IMG/VR virus record: IMGVR_UViG_2545824562_000002 | Coordinates: 1,261-65,260 of that record | Source: a virus | Taxonomy: Duplodnaviria; Caudoviricetes | Reading direction: 5' to 3' (one strand) | DNA length: 64,000 bases | Shown here: one piece after another, positions 38,592 to 48,456 of the stretch | Position numbering within the stretch: position 1 is the stretch's first letter | How the letters are laid out: each line of letters starts with the position of its first letter | Translations under genes and position numbers: made by a program | The notes under the pieces: generated by a model | Told to the model about the DNA's origin: nothing | The model's database searches: none | What the model saw: the letters and a program-made list of their open reading frames with translations, nothing else

Positions 38592-39293
38592 TCACGCGAC
38601 CGCTTTAGTCAGCAGTCCTTCAGCCTCAAGAATCACCTTTACTTCAGCCAGCGCATCGTCCAGCAGACCATCAAGTTTTTCGTTGATCTCAGCCCTCCAG
38701 CGGCGGCGGGTCGATTCCGGCGCGGCGCCGAGGTCCCAAGTGTTCATGTCGTAGAAGCTGTCCGGCAGGATGATCACATCCTCTTCCAAAGCCTCGATGC
38801 GCTTCCGCGCAGCCTGGCCGGCTGCCACCGCAGCATTGACTGTGGCTTCACGGCGCCAAGTCGACGAATCCAGTGGGATGTCCACCGATACAGATTGCGG
38901 GGCTTTGCGGCGCGCGCCTTTGAGCTTTGGGATGGCCCAGGCTGTCACCGCTTTGTAGATGAACAATGCCGGCGCAGGGCTCGCGATCAGCGGTCGGACT
39001 AACGTGATTGCCTGGACCTTCTTCGCCTTGTTGGTGCTGTACTTCGCGACCAGGGCTTCCCAGTGCCTTTCCTTCAACATATGGTGCAGGCGCGCCGACA
39101 GCCAGTAGTCGACCTGCGTGCGGTCAATGCCGCCTGATCGGCCTCCCAATGAGGCCAAGCAGCCGCCCTCCTCCTCTGCCGATTTGTACAGCTTCTGCCA
39201 AGCCTGGGCCTTCGCCGATCCCTTCTCGCCCGCCGCCAGAGCGGCAACTACTGCACCCGATACGCTGCTGTAAATCATGTCCTTCCCCCTCAA
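38592..39293 (-). CDS. Putative late-gene antiterminator (Q-like)
   Basis: Last gene of the nin region before the late promoter; C-terminal PESTRRRWR. Confidence 0.6.
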   Translation of the reverse strand: MRGKDMIYSSVSGAVVAALAAGEKGSAKAQAWQKLYKSAEEEGGCLASLGGRSGGIDRTQVDYWLSARLHHMLKERHWEALVAKYSTNKAKKVQAITLVRPLIASPAPALFIYKAVTAWAIPKLKGARRKAPQSVSVDIPLDSSTWRREATVNAAVAAGQAARKRIEALEEDVIILPDSFYDMNTWDLGAAPESTRRRWRAEINEKLDGLLDDALAEVKVILEAEGLLTKAVA

Positions 39294-39607
39294 TCCCCGG
39301 TGTAGTTGGTGCCGCCGGCGCCGAGCCGGTTGCTTCCCTGATATGTCGCCTCAGGCCCGGATGCCTGAGGGTTCTTCAACTGCTCGATCTGCCGGTGCGC
39401 GGCCTGCAGCTTAAGGCTGAGCTGGGTAACCAGTTCATCCAGGGCCAGGGCTTCGCCAGTTGCAGCCGCTACCCAGCCCGAGGCGTTGCAGTGGTCGCAT
39501 GGCAGCTCGTGAAACACGCCCTGAGTGACCGCTCTCCCACGGCACAAAGGGCACTTGTCCAGCTCGATCACGGCCTTCTTGAAGGACGGGCCGTGGCTCT
39601 TCCTCAC
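39290..39607 (-). CDS. Zinc-finger hypothetical protein
   Basis: CPLCRG...CDHCNASG. Confidence 0.75.
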   Translation of the reverse strand: MRKSHGPSFKKAVIELDKCPLCRGRAVTQGVFHELPCDHCNASGWVAAATGEALALDELVTQLSLKLQAAHRQIEQLKNPQASGPEATYQGSNRLGAGGTNYTGD

Positions 39608-39882
39608 TCACCTACCTCGTCCACCAGCACGAAGCCTCGCGGTGGCCAACCGAAAAGCCGCCACATCAATTCCTCTTTCCAGGTAAGCGCACGCTGGCGA
39701 CCGTAAAGGGTAGTCATGGTGTAGCCGCCCAATTCCTTCTTGATGCGCACCGTGCGCTCGCCGAGGCGATGGCAGAGTTCGGCGATCACCGACTTGGGGC
39801 TGCCATTTGGGGTGCTGTCGTCGTAGGAAAGGCACCCGCAGATGGCCTGGGCTTTATCGATCAATTGGCTGTTGTTCATCAT
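39604..39882 (-). CDS. Phage hypothetical protein
   Basis: Translationally coupled ORF MMNNSQLIDKAQ. Confidence 0.6.
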   Translation of the reverse strand: MMNNSQLIDKAQAICGCLSYDDSTPNGSPKSVIAELCHRLGERTVRIKKELGGYTMTTLYGRQRALTWKEELMWRLFGWPPRGFVLVDEVGE

Positions 39883-41168
39883 TTCGAATCCTCGCTTATG
39901 GTGGATACCGGAAGTCCGTCGAAACCCGCGCGCTCTGCGGCCTTGCAGAGAATCCATGAATCCGTTGATCTATCACCGGTCAAGCCGTGAACCGAGGCGA
40001 AACCCTTCTGATCAAGGTGTGCGTGCCACTTCTCCAGTGCCTCGCGCTTGCGGGCCATGACGTCGGATTGGATGTACACCTTCACGTTGTGGCCCATGGC
40101 ATGATTGATCAGCAGCTCTCCCACCAGGTGATCGACGCCAAGGTCAGCCCACCCAGTGCGGGCCAGCTTGCGCAGGTCGTGGCTGGTCCACTCGCCCTTG
40201 CCCATGACCGCGAACACCGCTGAGGCCTTCGACTCGCTCATGGGATTGCCCTGTCGGCCCGGGAACAGGTACTCGCCTTCGTAGCCCTGATTGATCTGGA
40301 TCTCGCGGCAGGCCATCAGCAGAAAGCGCACCTGGTCGGTCAGTGGCAGGCGGTGCTGAACGCCGGTCTTCGTGTGCTCGGCAGGAATGAACCACTCCCG
40401 CTCGGCCAGGCTGATGTGGCTCCAGCGCGCCATGCGGGTTTCGCCCAGCCGGGTGCCGTGGCACAACATCATCAGGGCCAGCAGGCCATGCTGCGGGTTG
40501 TTTGCCAGGGTGGTCTTCATTCCCGCCATCAGGTCTTCAAGGTGCACACCACGCAGCCGCGACGGCTTGACCGTGACCTTGGCCTTGGAGAAATCACGGA
40601 AGCGGATGCCGGCCATGGGGTTGGTGTTGATTAGCCCGAGTTTGGCGGCCTGCCGGAAGGCCAGAGCCAGCAGCTGAAACACCAAGCGGACGTAATCAAT
40701 CGACAGCGACTCTTGCAGCGGCCACATCAGCTCGCGGTCGAGCAGCGCCTTGTCGATCTGGGCCAGCGGCGTTTCGCCCAGCCGCGGCACGAGGTGCTGC
40801 TTGATCGCCGAGGCCGCCGTGCTCTTGCGCTTAGCCGATAGGTTACGGTCACGGGACATGCGCTCAGCGAACCAGGCCAGCAGCTCACCGGTCAGCACCC
40901 AGCTCGACAGGCTCGAACCCTCTCCTGCCTCCAGTCGCAGGCGGATATCCGGCAGTGCTGCAGCCACCTTGGCGGCGCTCAGGTCAGGGTACGAGCCGAT
41001 CCGGCACCACTTGCCCTTATGGATCAGGTACCAGGACCCGCGCTCACGGGAACGGTGAAACCGGAAGTACAGGCCTTGGTTGCCCAGTGCGCGCAGGTCA
41101 CGGACCTGGCCGGCGGCCTGCCGGCGAATCTCTGCATCGCTGATTTTCACAGCGGCGGTTTTGGTCAT
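39879..41168 (-). CDS. Second tyrosine recombinase inside the nin region
   Basis: GTRLGE (R), HTKTG (K), HDLRK (HxxR), INH (H), KVY (Y). Confidence 0.9.
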   Translation of the reverse strand: MTKTAAVKISDAEIRRQAAGQVRDLRALGNQGLYFRFHRSRERGSWYLIHKGKWCRIGSYPDLSAAKVAAALPDIRLRLEAGEGSSLSSWVLTGELLAWFAERMSRDRNLSAKRKSTAASAIKQHLVPRLGETPLAQIDKALLDRELMWPLQESLSIDYVRLVFQLLALAFRQAAKLGLINTNPMAGIRFRDFSKAKVTVKPSRLRGVHLEDLMAGMKTTLANNPQHGLLALMMLCHGTRLGETRMARWSHISLAEREWFIPAEHTKTGVQHRLPLTDQVRFLLMACREIQINQGYEGEYLFPGRQGNPMSESKASAVFAVMGKGEWTSHDLRKLARTGWADLGVDHLVGELLINHAMGHNVKVYIQSDVMARKREALEKWHAHLDQKGFASVHGLTGDRSTDSWILCKAAERAGFDGLPVSTISEDSK

Positions 41169-41593
41169 GCTGCAGCCTCCGTTTTAGGCAAGGCCACGTA
41201 CGCCCTCAGGCACTCCATGGCGTCGAAATGCCCCTGACACACAACGGCCAGGTAGCCTTGGTCGTTCAGCCGGCGGATGCACGCTTGCTGGCTGGACGAG
41301 ACAGGCGCCGGGTCAACGGTCGCCTTGAATTCGATGTACAGACCGAAGTACCCGCCTCGGGCCATGGTCAGCACCAGATCAGGGATTCCGGCCTTCACGC
41401 CCTGCGCCTTGAGCTTCAGCGCCACGCCCTTGTGCCGGTGACCGCCGTTCGGGACGTGGTAGATCAGTTCGAAGACCTCGGGATAGCGCAGGTGGATCTC
41501 TTCGAGCAGGGCAGCCTGCTCCTGCCCTTCCCTGTCGACGGGCTTGGCGCGGGCCGGCTTGGCCTTGTACGGGCGAAGGGCGGGAGCATTCAT
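41165..41593 (-). CDS. VRR-NUC nuclease
   Basis: YHVPNGG, GVKAGIPDL, YIEFKA. Confidence 0.9.
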   Translation of the reverse strand: MNAPALRPYKAKPARAKPVDREGQEQAALLEEIHLRYPEVFELIYHVPNGGHRHKGVALKLKAQGVKAGIPDLVLTMARGGYFGLYIEFKATVDPAPVSSSQQACIRRLNDQGYLAVVCQGHFDAMECLRAYVALPKTEAAA

Positions 41594-41886
41594 GCGACCA
41601 GCACCCCCTCGTGGATCAGCAGCGCCTGGGTGCGCATCACGCCCTCGGCGTGGTATTGGCGGGCGGTCTCACGATCAATGGCCCGGCTGCGGCCGTCGCA
41701 AGCGTCGTGACAAGCGCTGCAGCACCAGGCGCCCTGCATGTCGTGTGGTTTCTTGCCGACGCCGCAGGTGCCAGCTAGGCGGTAGTGCGCAAGGACGGTG
41801 GTCTCGGGGTTGCCGTTGCATACGCCAGGGATACGCACCTGGCATTCGCGGCCGCGGGCGGCCTTGGTCAGTTTCGATTGCCGCAT
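41590..41886 (-). CDS. DUF1364/YbcO-like nuclease
   Basis: ARGRECQVRIPGVCNGNPETTVLAHYR...CSACHDACDGR. Confidence 0.9.
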   Translation of the reverse strand: MRQSKLTKAARGRECQVRIPGVCNGNPETTVLAHYRLAGTCGVGKKPHDMQGAWCCSACHDACDGRSRAIDRETARQYHAEGVMRTQALLIHEGVLVA

Positions 41887-42086
41887 GGGCTGTCTTCTCC
41901 ATGAAGATCAATGACGCGGAAGGTGTTCGGCCACATGCACTGGCCATGACTACGAGCTGCCTGCTCGTCGCGATACAGCGCCATCGGTTGGGCTGGCTCG
42001 TGGGCAAGATCCAGCAGGTCACTGCGGCAATACCGTGCCCAGCGATACTCGGGAAGCTTGGGCGGTAGGTGCATTGGATCAGTCAT
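41868..42086 (-). CDS. Phage hypothetical protein
   Basis: Coupled to the dnaB stop. Confidence 0.6.
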   Translation of the reverse strand: MTDPMHLPPKLPEYRWARYCRSDLLDLAHEPAQPMALYRDEQAARSHGQCMWPNTFRVIDLHGEDSPCGNRN

Positions 42087-43462
42087 GCAGCGGCTCCTCG
42101 TTGGGCATAGCGAGATCTCAGGGATCGCTCGGGCGCAGGCGCTTTGGCGGGAGGCTGCCAGCTCGCAGAGAGATTTTCGAAACGGTTGAACTGCCCCAAG
42201 AACGCCGCACGTACGGTTCCGGCCTCAATGTCTCGACCTTTCCCCACGATGATTTCGGCGATGCCTTTGAGCTCGCTGTCTTCGTGGTAAACCTCATCGC
42301 GGTAGACGAACAGGATCACGTCTGCGTCCTGCTCAATTGCGCCCGACTCACGAAGATCAGAGGGCACCGGGCGCTTGTTTGGGCGCTCCTCGCACTTGCG
42401 AGAAAGCTGGCTAAGCAGCACAACCGGAATGCCGAGCTCGCGTGCAAGCAACTTGCATCCGCGACTTATGCCGCTGACCTCTTCAGTGCGATTGCCACCC
42501 TCGCCTTCCATCAGCTGAAGGTAATCGATCATCAGGATGTCGAGCCCATAGCGCATTTTGTGCCGGCGGGCCATCGAGCGAATGCGGCCGACCGTGGCGC
42601 CGGCGCGGTCTGCGATGAACAGGTTTGCGTGCTGGATCTTGCCAACTGCCGCGCACAGTTCCGCCCCGTGGGACTGGCAGGCAGAACCGTTTTTGATGAG
42701 GTTGAGCGGAATCTTCCCTTCTGCCGCAGTGGCTCGATCAATGAGCTGGGCCCTGCTCATTTCCAGACTGACGACCAAGGCTGACTTCTTCTGACGGACC
42801 GCAGCGTCCAGCACAAAACCCATGGCGAGCGTGGTTTTGCCCATAGCAGGCCTGCCGGCCACAACGATCAACTGCTCCGGCTGCAGGCCACCCAGTTTCT
42901 CGTCGAGGTCAACCAAGCCGGTGGATAGGCCAATCAACGTTTCACCGCGTGACAGGCGGTCATGCCGCTCCTGCCAGACCTCCAGTTGCTCGGCCATCAG
43001 ATCACCAGCCTTGACGATCTCATCACCATCAGTGCCAGTGTCGATCGCCATGGCGGCTGCCTGCACGGCGGCGATCTTGTCTTGGATGTCGCCGCCACTC
43101 TGGGCGATCTCCAGCGTTCGGTCACTCAGGTCATACAGGGCCCGCTCCACGGCGCGCTCCCTAACGATCCGGGCATACTCGCTTGCGTTGGCAACGCTAG
43201 GGGTGTTCTTGGCGATCTCGGCGCAATACGCCAGTGCGCTATCACCTGAGGACAACGTGCCCAGGTGATCGGCCACAGTCAGGAAGTCCACGGAGCGACC
43301 GGCGGAGCGCACCGACATGATCCCTCGGAAGACATCGGCATTGTCGGCGAAGTAGAACGACTCCGCCGATAGGTCGTCGGAGAGAACGTCGATCAGTTCC
43401 GGGCGGAGGAGCATGGCGCCGAGCAGGCTGTGCTCAGCCTCGAGGTTGTAGGGCTCACGCAT
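42083..43462 (-). CDS. dnaB: Replicative helicase DnaB-like
   Basis: AGRPAMGKTT, SLEM, IDYLQL, LSQLSR, SDLRESGAIEQDAD. Confidence 0.96.
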   Translation of the reverse strand: MREPYNLEAEHSLLGAMLLRPELIDVLSDDLSAESFYFADNADVFRGIMSVRSAGRSVDFLTVADHLGTLSSGDSALAYCAEIAKNTPSVANASEYARIVRERAVERALYDLSDRTLEIAQSGGDIQDKIAAVQAAAMAIDTGTDGDEIVKAGDLMAEQLEVWQERHDRLSRGETLIGLSTGLVDLDEKLGGLQPEQLIVVAGRPAMGKTTLAMGFVLDAAVRQKKSALVVSLEMSRAQLIDRATAAEGKIPLNLIKNGSACQSHGAELCAAVGKIQHANLFIADRAGATVGRIRSMARRHKMRYGLDILMIDYLQLMEGEGGNRTEEVSGISRGCKLLARELGIPVVLLSQLSRKCEERPNKRPVPSDLRESGAIEQDADVILFVYRDEVYHEDSELKGIAEIIVGKGRDIEAGTVRAAFLGQFNRFENLSASWQPPAKAPAPERSLRSRYAQRGAAA

Positions 43463-44177
43463 GGTAATTGCCCTCGACCACCTTCACGAAGTTGGAAGGG
43501 GCAATCAGCCAATCGAACGTTGCCCGGAAGGGTTTGGCACCATTCCTGCCATCGATCTTGCCCATCAGGAAATCGCTGCCGGCAACAGTGGTGAAGAAAT
43601 CACGCCAGAACTCAAGGTCTTGGTGGACAGGGCTTTCCGCCCAGCGTGCCTTTATCTTTGCTGAGCGGTCTTTGTTGATCAGAACCACGCTCGGCAGAGT
43701 TGGCAGCAGTTCGTTGAACAGGCCGACGATTTGATCGACTGGCACCGAATTCAACGCCTCGCGCATGCTCGCGGTATCTCCTGACGGTTCCTTGATGGTT
43801 CCTTTACGGTTCTGGGGGCACGTGGTGCCGGGGTGAGGGGCATCTGGTGCCGGGGTGGGGGGCATTTCCTGCCGGGGTTCCCCGGCATCTGCTGCCGGGG
43901 GGCACGTGGTGCCGGGGTCGTAGCTGGATGGGCTCACGGTGTACCAGGTGGAACGGCCTGTTCGATGGTGAGCAGACAACACTCCAGACTGCTCCAACCA
44001 GCGCAAGGCGTTGCGTACGGCACGCTCGGACAGGCAGGTGCGCTCTACGATACGAGCCACCGAAGGCCAGCAGACGCCGTCGTCGTTTGAGTTGTCGGCA
44101 AGGGATATCAGCACGGACTTCTGGGCCGGACTCATACCCTGGAGTGGCCAACAAGCCGTCATGATGATCGTGCTCAT
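43455..44177 (-). CDS. Replication initiator (O-like, N-terminal HTH)
   Basis: KSVLISLADNSNDDGVCWPSV..I...T.LSERAV; ATFDWLI...NFVKVVEGNY. Confidence 0.88.
   Translation of the reverse strand: MSTIIMTACWPLQGMSPAQKSVLISLADNSNDDGVCWPSVARIVERTCLSERAVRNALRWLEQSGVLSAHHRTGRSTWYTVSPSSYDPGTTCPPAADAGEPRQEMPPTPAPDAPHPGTTCPQNRKGTIKEPSGDTASMREALNSVPVDQIVGLFNELLPTLPSVVLINKDRSAKIKARWAESPVHQDLEFWRDFFTTVAGSDFLMGKIDGRNGAKPFRATFDWLIAPSNFVKVVEGNYHA
43815..43917. repeat. Replication origin iterons (5 copies) inside the initiator gene
   Basis: GGCA-N5-TGCCGGGG repeated at about 43815, 43837, 43859, 43882 and 43899. Confidence 0.8.
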
Positions 44178-44362
44178 GGCTGGGTCTCGCACAGGGACGC
44201 GCGCAGGTGCTCCACGCACTCGGCACGAAATGCATGCTTAGACGCAGGCGCGTACTGGTGTCGGATCATTCGCGCTGCGTTGAGGGCGGCGGATTTGTGG
44301 AAAGCTTTCTGGTGCAAAATGGCTACGGGCGCGGTGTTGCTTGCATCCATTGCAGAGTGCAT
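44174..44362 (-). CDS. Phage hypothetical protein
   Basis: ORF overlapping the initiator start (ATGA). Confidence 0.5.
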   Translation of the reverse strand: MHSAMDASNTAPVAILHQKAFHKSAALNAARMIRHQYAPASKHAFRAECVEHLRASLCETQP

Positions 44363-44390
44363 AATCGACCTCGATTTGATGCTGTTGAAG

Positions 44391-44416
44391 AAGCCGGGCT
44401 GCCACCCGGTTTTTTT
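44391..44416. terminator. Hairpin terminator downstream of cro (tR1-like)
   Basis: AAGCCGGG-ctgcca-CCCGGTTTTTTT. Confidence 0.6.
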
Positions 44417-44500
44417 ATGCCTGCGATTCAGGTACTGGATGGATCAGCAGGTGTTTCGGTCATCTACTGGCTCAGTGCCAGATCAGTAATGATTCAAATG

Positions 44501-44725
44501 TCAGGCTGCTTCTGGGTCGCGAGCCGTTGGCGGGAAGACATCGTCAAGGCTGCACTCGGCGCCAAGCCCGTTCAGCGCAGCGACAATCTTCCGGGCCGCA
44601 TCCAGGCCGACACACCGTCGCCCGGCCTCGTAGTTGGCCAGACGCGATTGGTTCCAGCGGAGCTCCCGGCATAGCCGGGCTTGGCTAATCCCCGCAGCTA
44701 CCCGGATCTTGCGAACGTTGTTCAT
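44501..44725 (-). CDS. cro: Cro-like HTH repressor
   Basis: MNNVRKIRVAAGISQARL...NQSRLANYEAGRR, divergent from cI. Confidence 0.88.
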   Translation of the reverse strand: MNNVRKIRVAAGISQARLCRELRWNQSRLANYEAGRRCVGLDAARKIVAALNGLGAECSLDDVFPPTARDPEAA

Positions 44726-44757
44726 TCGGGGTTCCTCAATGACTAGCACTCAGGATA

Positions 44758-44817
44758 AACACGCATCGTGTTAATATCAATCACAATAAGTGAAAGCCGT
44801 GTATTTCATTTCGTGAT
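44758..44817. promoter_or_regulatory. OR operators
   Basis: AACACGCATCGTGTT (44758), ATCACAATAAGTGAA (44780), half-match ATTTCATTTCGTGAT (44803); consensus AWCAC-N5-GTGWW. Confidence 0.7.
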
Positions 44818-44829
44818 GAAATCCCGCGC

Positions 44830-45636
44830 ATGAATGAATCACTGAGCCAGCGCATTAAGCGCTTGAGAAAAGCGACGGGAATGTCCCAGGCCCAGCTGGC
44901 AGATGCTTGCGGCTGGAAATCGCAGTCACGCGTCGGAAACTATGAAGCCGGTACGCGAGAGCCAACGCTGGCGGATATTGCCGCTATGGCAGCTGCCCTT
45001 GGAGTCGACCAATCCGAGCTACTCCTGAGCTCTGCGGCAGTGACCGAGGTTTCGGCGCCAGCCCGGAGTACGACTGATCTTGTCAGGCAGATGCTCGCAA
45101 AGAGCGGCAAAGGCATTCCGGAAGAGGCCCGTCAGCGCCTCCTTGCTGCGGCTGAGGAGCCGAGCGCCAGCAATGTCGTCGCGGCTGACTTCGTTCGCCC
45201 AGGCCTCGTGGGCGATGAGGTGTGGATTGCTCACTACGACGTGCGCGGAGCAATGGGCGATGGTGAAGTAGCTCACGACTTCCCTGAAATGCTGCAGGAC
45301 ATTCGCGTCAGCCCTACTCACCTGCGAGAGATGGGGGTGGAGTTCAAAGAGCATTTCCATCTGAAGCTCATAACGGGTGTCGGTCAGTCCATGGCGCCAA
45401 CCATCAAGAGCCGCGACCCGCTGGTCGTTGACATCAGCATCCGTGAGTTCGTGGGCGACGGGATCTACTACTTCTCCCATCAGGGCCATCAGTACATCAA
45501 GCGCCTGCAGAAGAAGGGTCGCGATCATTTCAAGATGATCTCGGACAACACGAATCATCCGCCTGAAGACATCCGGGTTGATGAGACCTACATCCAGGCC
45601 AGGGTGCTCCTGGTATGGAATGCCCACCTGGTCTAG
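44830..45636 (+). CDS. cI: CI repressor (XRE HTH + S24 peptidase)
   Basis: SQAQLADACGWKSQSRVGNYE; GQSMAPTI; YIKRLQ. Confidence 0.93.
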   Translation: MNESLSQRIKRLRKATGMSQAQLADACGWKSQSRVGNYEAGTREPTLADIAAMAAALGVDQSELLLSSAAVTEVSAPARSTTDLVRQMLAKSGKGIPEEARQRLLAAAEEPSASNVVAADFVRPGLVGDEVWIAHYDVRGAMGDGEVAHDFPEMLQDIRVSPTHLREMGVEFKEHFHLKLITGVGQSMAPTIKSRDPLVVDISIREFVGDGIYYFSHQGHQYIKRLQKKGRDHFKMISDNTNHPPEDIRVDETYIQARVLLVWNAHLV

Positions 45637-45720
45637 CCAGGTCTTTTGCCAGGACAGCCCTCTGGTTACCGGGGTCAGAGGCGAAGCAAGACAACGGATT
45701 GAAAGTGCGGACGGAATCGA

Positions 45721-45933
45721 ATGACTGAGTGGCGAGAGCGTGGTTTCTGGAGTAAGGCGTGGATCTATGCCCTTCTAGGGCTCCTCGTTGCTGCATCCGA
45801 CGGCGCTGACCTTTCTTGCCTGGGCGGAGGCTCCAATCGAAAGCGGGTCTTCAGTCCCGGCTTCATCTTGCTATGCGTGTTCGTAGTGGTCCTGGAGCTG
45901 ATGGTGCTGAGCCACTGGTACGGGGTTATCTGA
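45721..45933 (+). CDS. Small membrane protein
   Basis: Two hydrophobic segments. Confidence 0.5.
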   Translation: MTEWRERGFWSKAWIYALLGLLVAASDGADLSCLGGGSNRKRVFSPGFILLCVFVVVLELMVLSHWYGVI

Positions 45934-46144
45934 TGAGGCTCATAGGTCTAGCCAAGCCGGAAACGAGTATGACGCCCAGACAGTGATCAGGATCTGCCAG
46001 GTGATGCAGACTTGGGTGGATCGGTTGGCGGGGTGCGAGGAAGAGGTGAAGCCGGGAAGTATTGAGAGAGGTAGACGTCAGCCATAGGCATCGGCAGTCC
46101 CTCCAGATAAAAGACCCGAGCACGACATAGAATACTTGCAAGGA

Positions 46145-47128
46145 ATGCGGTTGATGAAAGATAGCGTTTTGGTCGATGGCCCAGAATCCTTCATATTGGC
46201 AATTGAGAAAATTGCACGGGGCGAATGTTCAGCGCCTCGATTCAAAGGCTGGCCGATTTTTCATGTGGCTATCGAAGGAGAGCGCTATCACGGAACCATG
46301 ACCCCTCGTCTGATGGAAGGCTTTGTCGAATTCCACGATCAGATCTTGAGGGCTTATGCGGACGTCCGGTATGGTTCTCCATCAAAGGGGAGACTGACGA
46401 ATCTGGAGAAAGCAGAGCTAGATCTTGTCTTTTCCATATCGAAAGGCTGCACCGAAGGAAAGGGGGCGCTGGATGAAATTCTCAACAAGCTATTCAGTGT
46501 TCTTCCGATGAATAAGCTGACGGGGGCCCAGACAGCCTCTATCGTGATAGTGATTGTGCTTTCAATCGCAGGGGTTCTGACGTTCAAGGAGTGGACGGCG
46601 TTAGCGACTCGAACTCATCAGATCGAAGCTGATACGGTTGATAAAGCTCAGCACGCCAAGCTCTCTGAGATTCTCGCGAAAGCGCTTATTGACAAAGACC
46701 TTCCGGACCAAGGAGTTCGTGTGCGATCGCACGCTGTTGAAGGCTATCGCGCAATCGCCAAAGGCGCTCCGGACGCTACAGGTATGGAGATCCAGGGAGA
46801 GCATTATGACGCCCAGGATCTTCAGATGGTCCGTGATAACGAGGCACCGGACAGGGTTCGAGAGCCGCGCACTGACACCCTTTACATCGAGATGATCAAA
46901 CGTAGTAAAACAAGTCTTTCGCTCACTCTTAAGATGACTGACTCCGAATACAGCTTTCCTGGAAAGGTGGATCTTTCAACATTCGCTCCCCAGGATGTGA
47001 AAGTGCTGTTCGACTCGATGCGAGACTCACGCCCCATTAAGGTGCAACAGTTCGCAGTCATCGAGGCCGGAGAGATCATAAGCTCGTCGGTGCTGGCGGT
47101 AGTTCACCCTGCCCTCCAGCCACAATGA
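46145..47128 (+). CDS. Hypothetical single-TM moron protein in the immunity region
   Basis: About 327 aa, central TM ASIVIVIVLSIAGVL, terminator downstream. Confidence 0.8.
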   Translation: MRLMKDSVLVDGPESFILAIEKIARGECSAPRFKGWPIFHVAIEGERYHGTMTPRLMEGFVEFHDQILRAYADVRYGSPSKGRLTNLEKAELDLVFSISKGCTEGKGALDEILNKLFSVLPMNKLTGAQTASIVIVIVLSIAGVLTFKEWTALATRTHQIEADTVDKAQHAKLSEILAKALIDKDLPDQGVRVRSHAVEGYRAIAKGAPDATGMEIQGEHYDAQDLQMVRDNEAPDRVREPRTDTLYIEMIKRSKTSLSLTLKMTDSEYSFPGKVDLSTFAPQDVKVLFDSMRDSRPIKVQQFAVIEAGEIISSSVLAVVHPALQPQ

Positions 47129-47330
47129 TGTAAGGGCCAGCCTCGACGGGCTTTTTACGCCTTCACGCTTTTTTCACGCCCTACTATTCACAGTGAAAGC
47201 TCATCCGCTTCCCTACGTTAGCCCGCATAGCAGTGCGGGCTTTTCTTTGGCTGCGCGATGGGCAGCAAGCGTGACGCTAGAGGGCATTTTGATATCATGC
47301 GTGACCACCCACACCAAACGGATCACGCTG

Positions 47331-47768
47331 ATGCGATCACTCGCTGCCACTGCACTCCTCTGCCTTTCACTGGTAGGCTGCGCTTCTGTACCAATGGCCA
47401 ACACCAATGACGATGGAGCGGCCAAGAAGTTTTCGCCCTCCCCAGACATGTCGGGCATTTACATCTACCGGAATGAGTACTTCGGCGCGGCCATCAAAAT
47501 GCCGGTCTTGCTCAATGGCAGGGAGCTGGGAAAAACAGTCGCGTACAGCTATCTGTACAAAGAGGTTCCCCCAGGGAAGCACATCATCACTGCCGACGGA
47601 GAGAATACGGACATTCTGAAGGTGGAGACCCGACCAGGGCAGAACGTTTTCATCCACCAGCAAATCAAAATGGGATTTGCGGTCGGGCGTAGCGGTATGA
47701 CGATCGTCGACAGCAAGGAGGGGCAGGCCGGCGTACGCGAGTGCAAGCTCATCGAGTCGCAGTACTAA
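47331..47768 (+). CDS. DUF2846-like lipoprotein
   Basis: LSLVGCASVP lipobox, GIYIYRNEYFGAA, EGQAGVREC. Confidence 0.8.
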   Translation: MRSLAATALLCLSLVGCASVPMANTNDDGAAKKFSPSPDMSGIYIYRNEYFGAAIKMPVLLNGRELGKTVAYSYLYKEVPPGKHIITADGENTDILKVETRPGQNVFIHQQIKMGFAVGRSGMTIVDSKEGQAGVRECKLIESQY

Positions 47769-47788
47769 CAGGTCATCTTGCTAGCATG

Positions 47789-47815
47789 AAGCCCGCCCCG
47801 AAGCGGGCTTTTTTT
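47789..47815 (+). terminator. Intrinsic terminator
   Basis: AAGCCCGC-cccgaa-GCGGGCTTTTTTT. Confidence 0.8.
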
Positions 47816-47824
47816 GCCTGCTCC

Positions 47825-48025
47825 CTACACGGACCATTGGATCAAGGCCCTGTTCGCTGTGCGCACCATCTCGACCCATTCGACATGCGAGACCTGCCGC
47901 CGATGCTCCAAGTTCGCCGCCTCAAGCAATGCTCGATCGTAAGCTGCCTCATCGAGAACGGGTCTGCGCATGTGCCGCGAAAGCCATGCGATGAATGCTG
48001 CTGAGCGGGTTTGGGTACTGTTCAT
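47825..48025 (-). CDS. Phage hypothetical protein
   Basis: GGAG RBS, 66 aa. Confidence 0.55.
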   Translation of the reverse strand: MNSTQTRSAAFIAWLSRHMRRPVLDEAAYDRALLEAANLEHRRQVSHVEWVEMVRTANRALIQWSV

Positions 48026-48120
48026 TGAGCTGCTCCTCCGTGGAGGGAGGGATTCTACAATATAAGATAATACAAATCATTATCATTTATAGCTCCTCCC
48101 GCTCACCCTGCCCTGCGCAG

Positions 48121-48441
48121 TCAGAAAGGCGCCTCTTCCTCCACCTTCTCCCAATCACGCTCCACGACCAGATCGTCACGATCTTCGGCGCTCTGCGGCT
48201 CCCACCGAACGGTCACGCTCTCGTCGTCGTTGAAACTCAGATCCAGCTCTGGCGTCTCGGCCAGCAGCCCCATCACCTCCTCCCACTCCATGGCTCCATC
48301 CGTGTCCAGGCGATGGATCGTCACCCAGCGCTGAGACTGTGCAATGGGATGATTGATCATCGACGAAACCCGCAGCCCAAGCCGCTCTACCCCGGTCATC
48401 TCTTGGCGTCCTTGTGGTGCCGTCTTCTTCTGCTTGGACAT
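48121..48441 (-). CDS. DUF1654-like protein
   Basis: ERLGLRVSSMINHPIAQSQRWVTIHRLDTD, AAGGAG RBS. Confidence 0.8.
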   Translation of the reverse strand: MSKQKKTAPQGRQEMTGVERLGLRVSSMINHPIAQSQRWVTIHRLDTDGAMEWEEVMGLLAETPELDLSFNDDESVTVRWEPQSAEDRDDLVVERDWEKVEEEAPF

Positions 48442-48456
48442 AAGACATCTCCTTTA

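Noticed and set aside
43815-43917. Repeats as a CRISPR array
   Set aside because: Spacers are only 0-4 nt, the repeats lie inside the initiator gene and there are no cas genes; they fit iterons.
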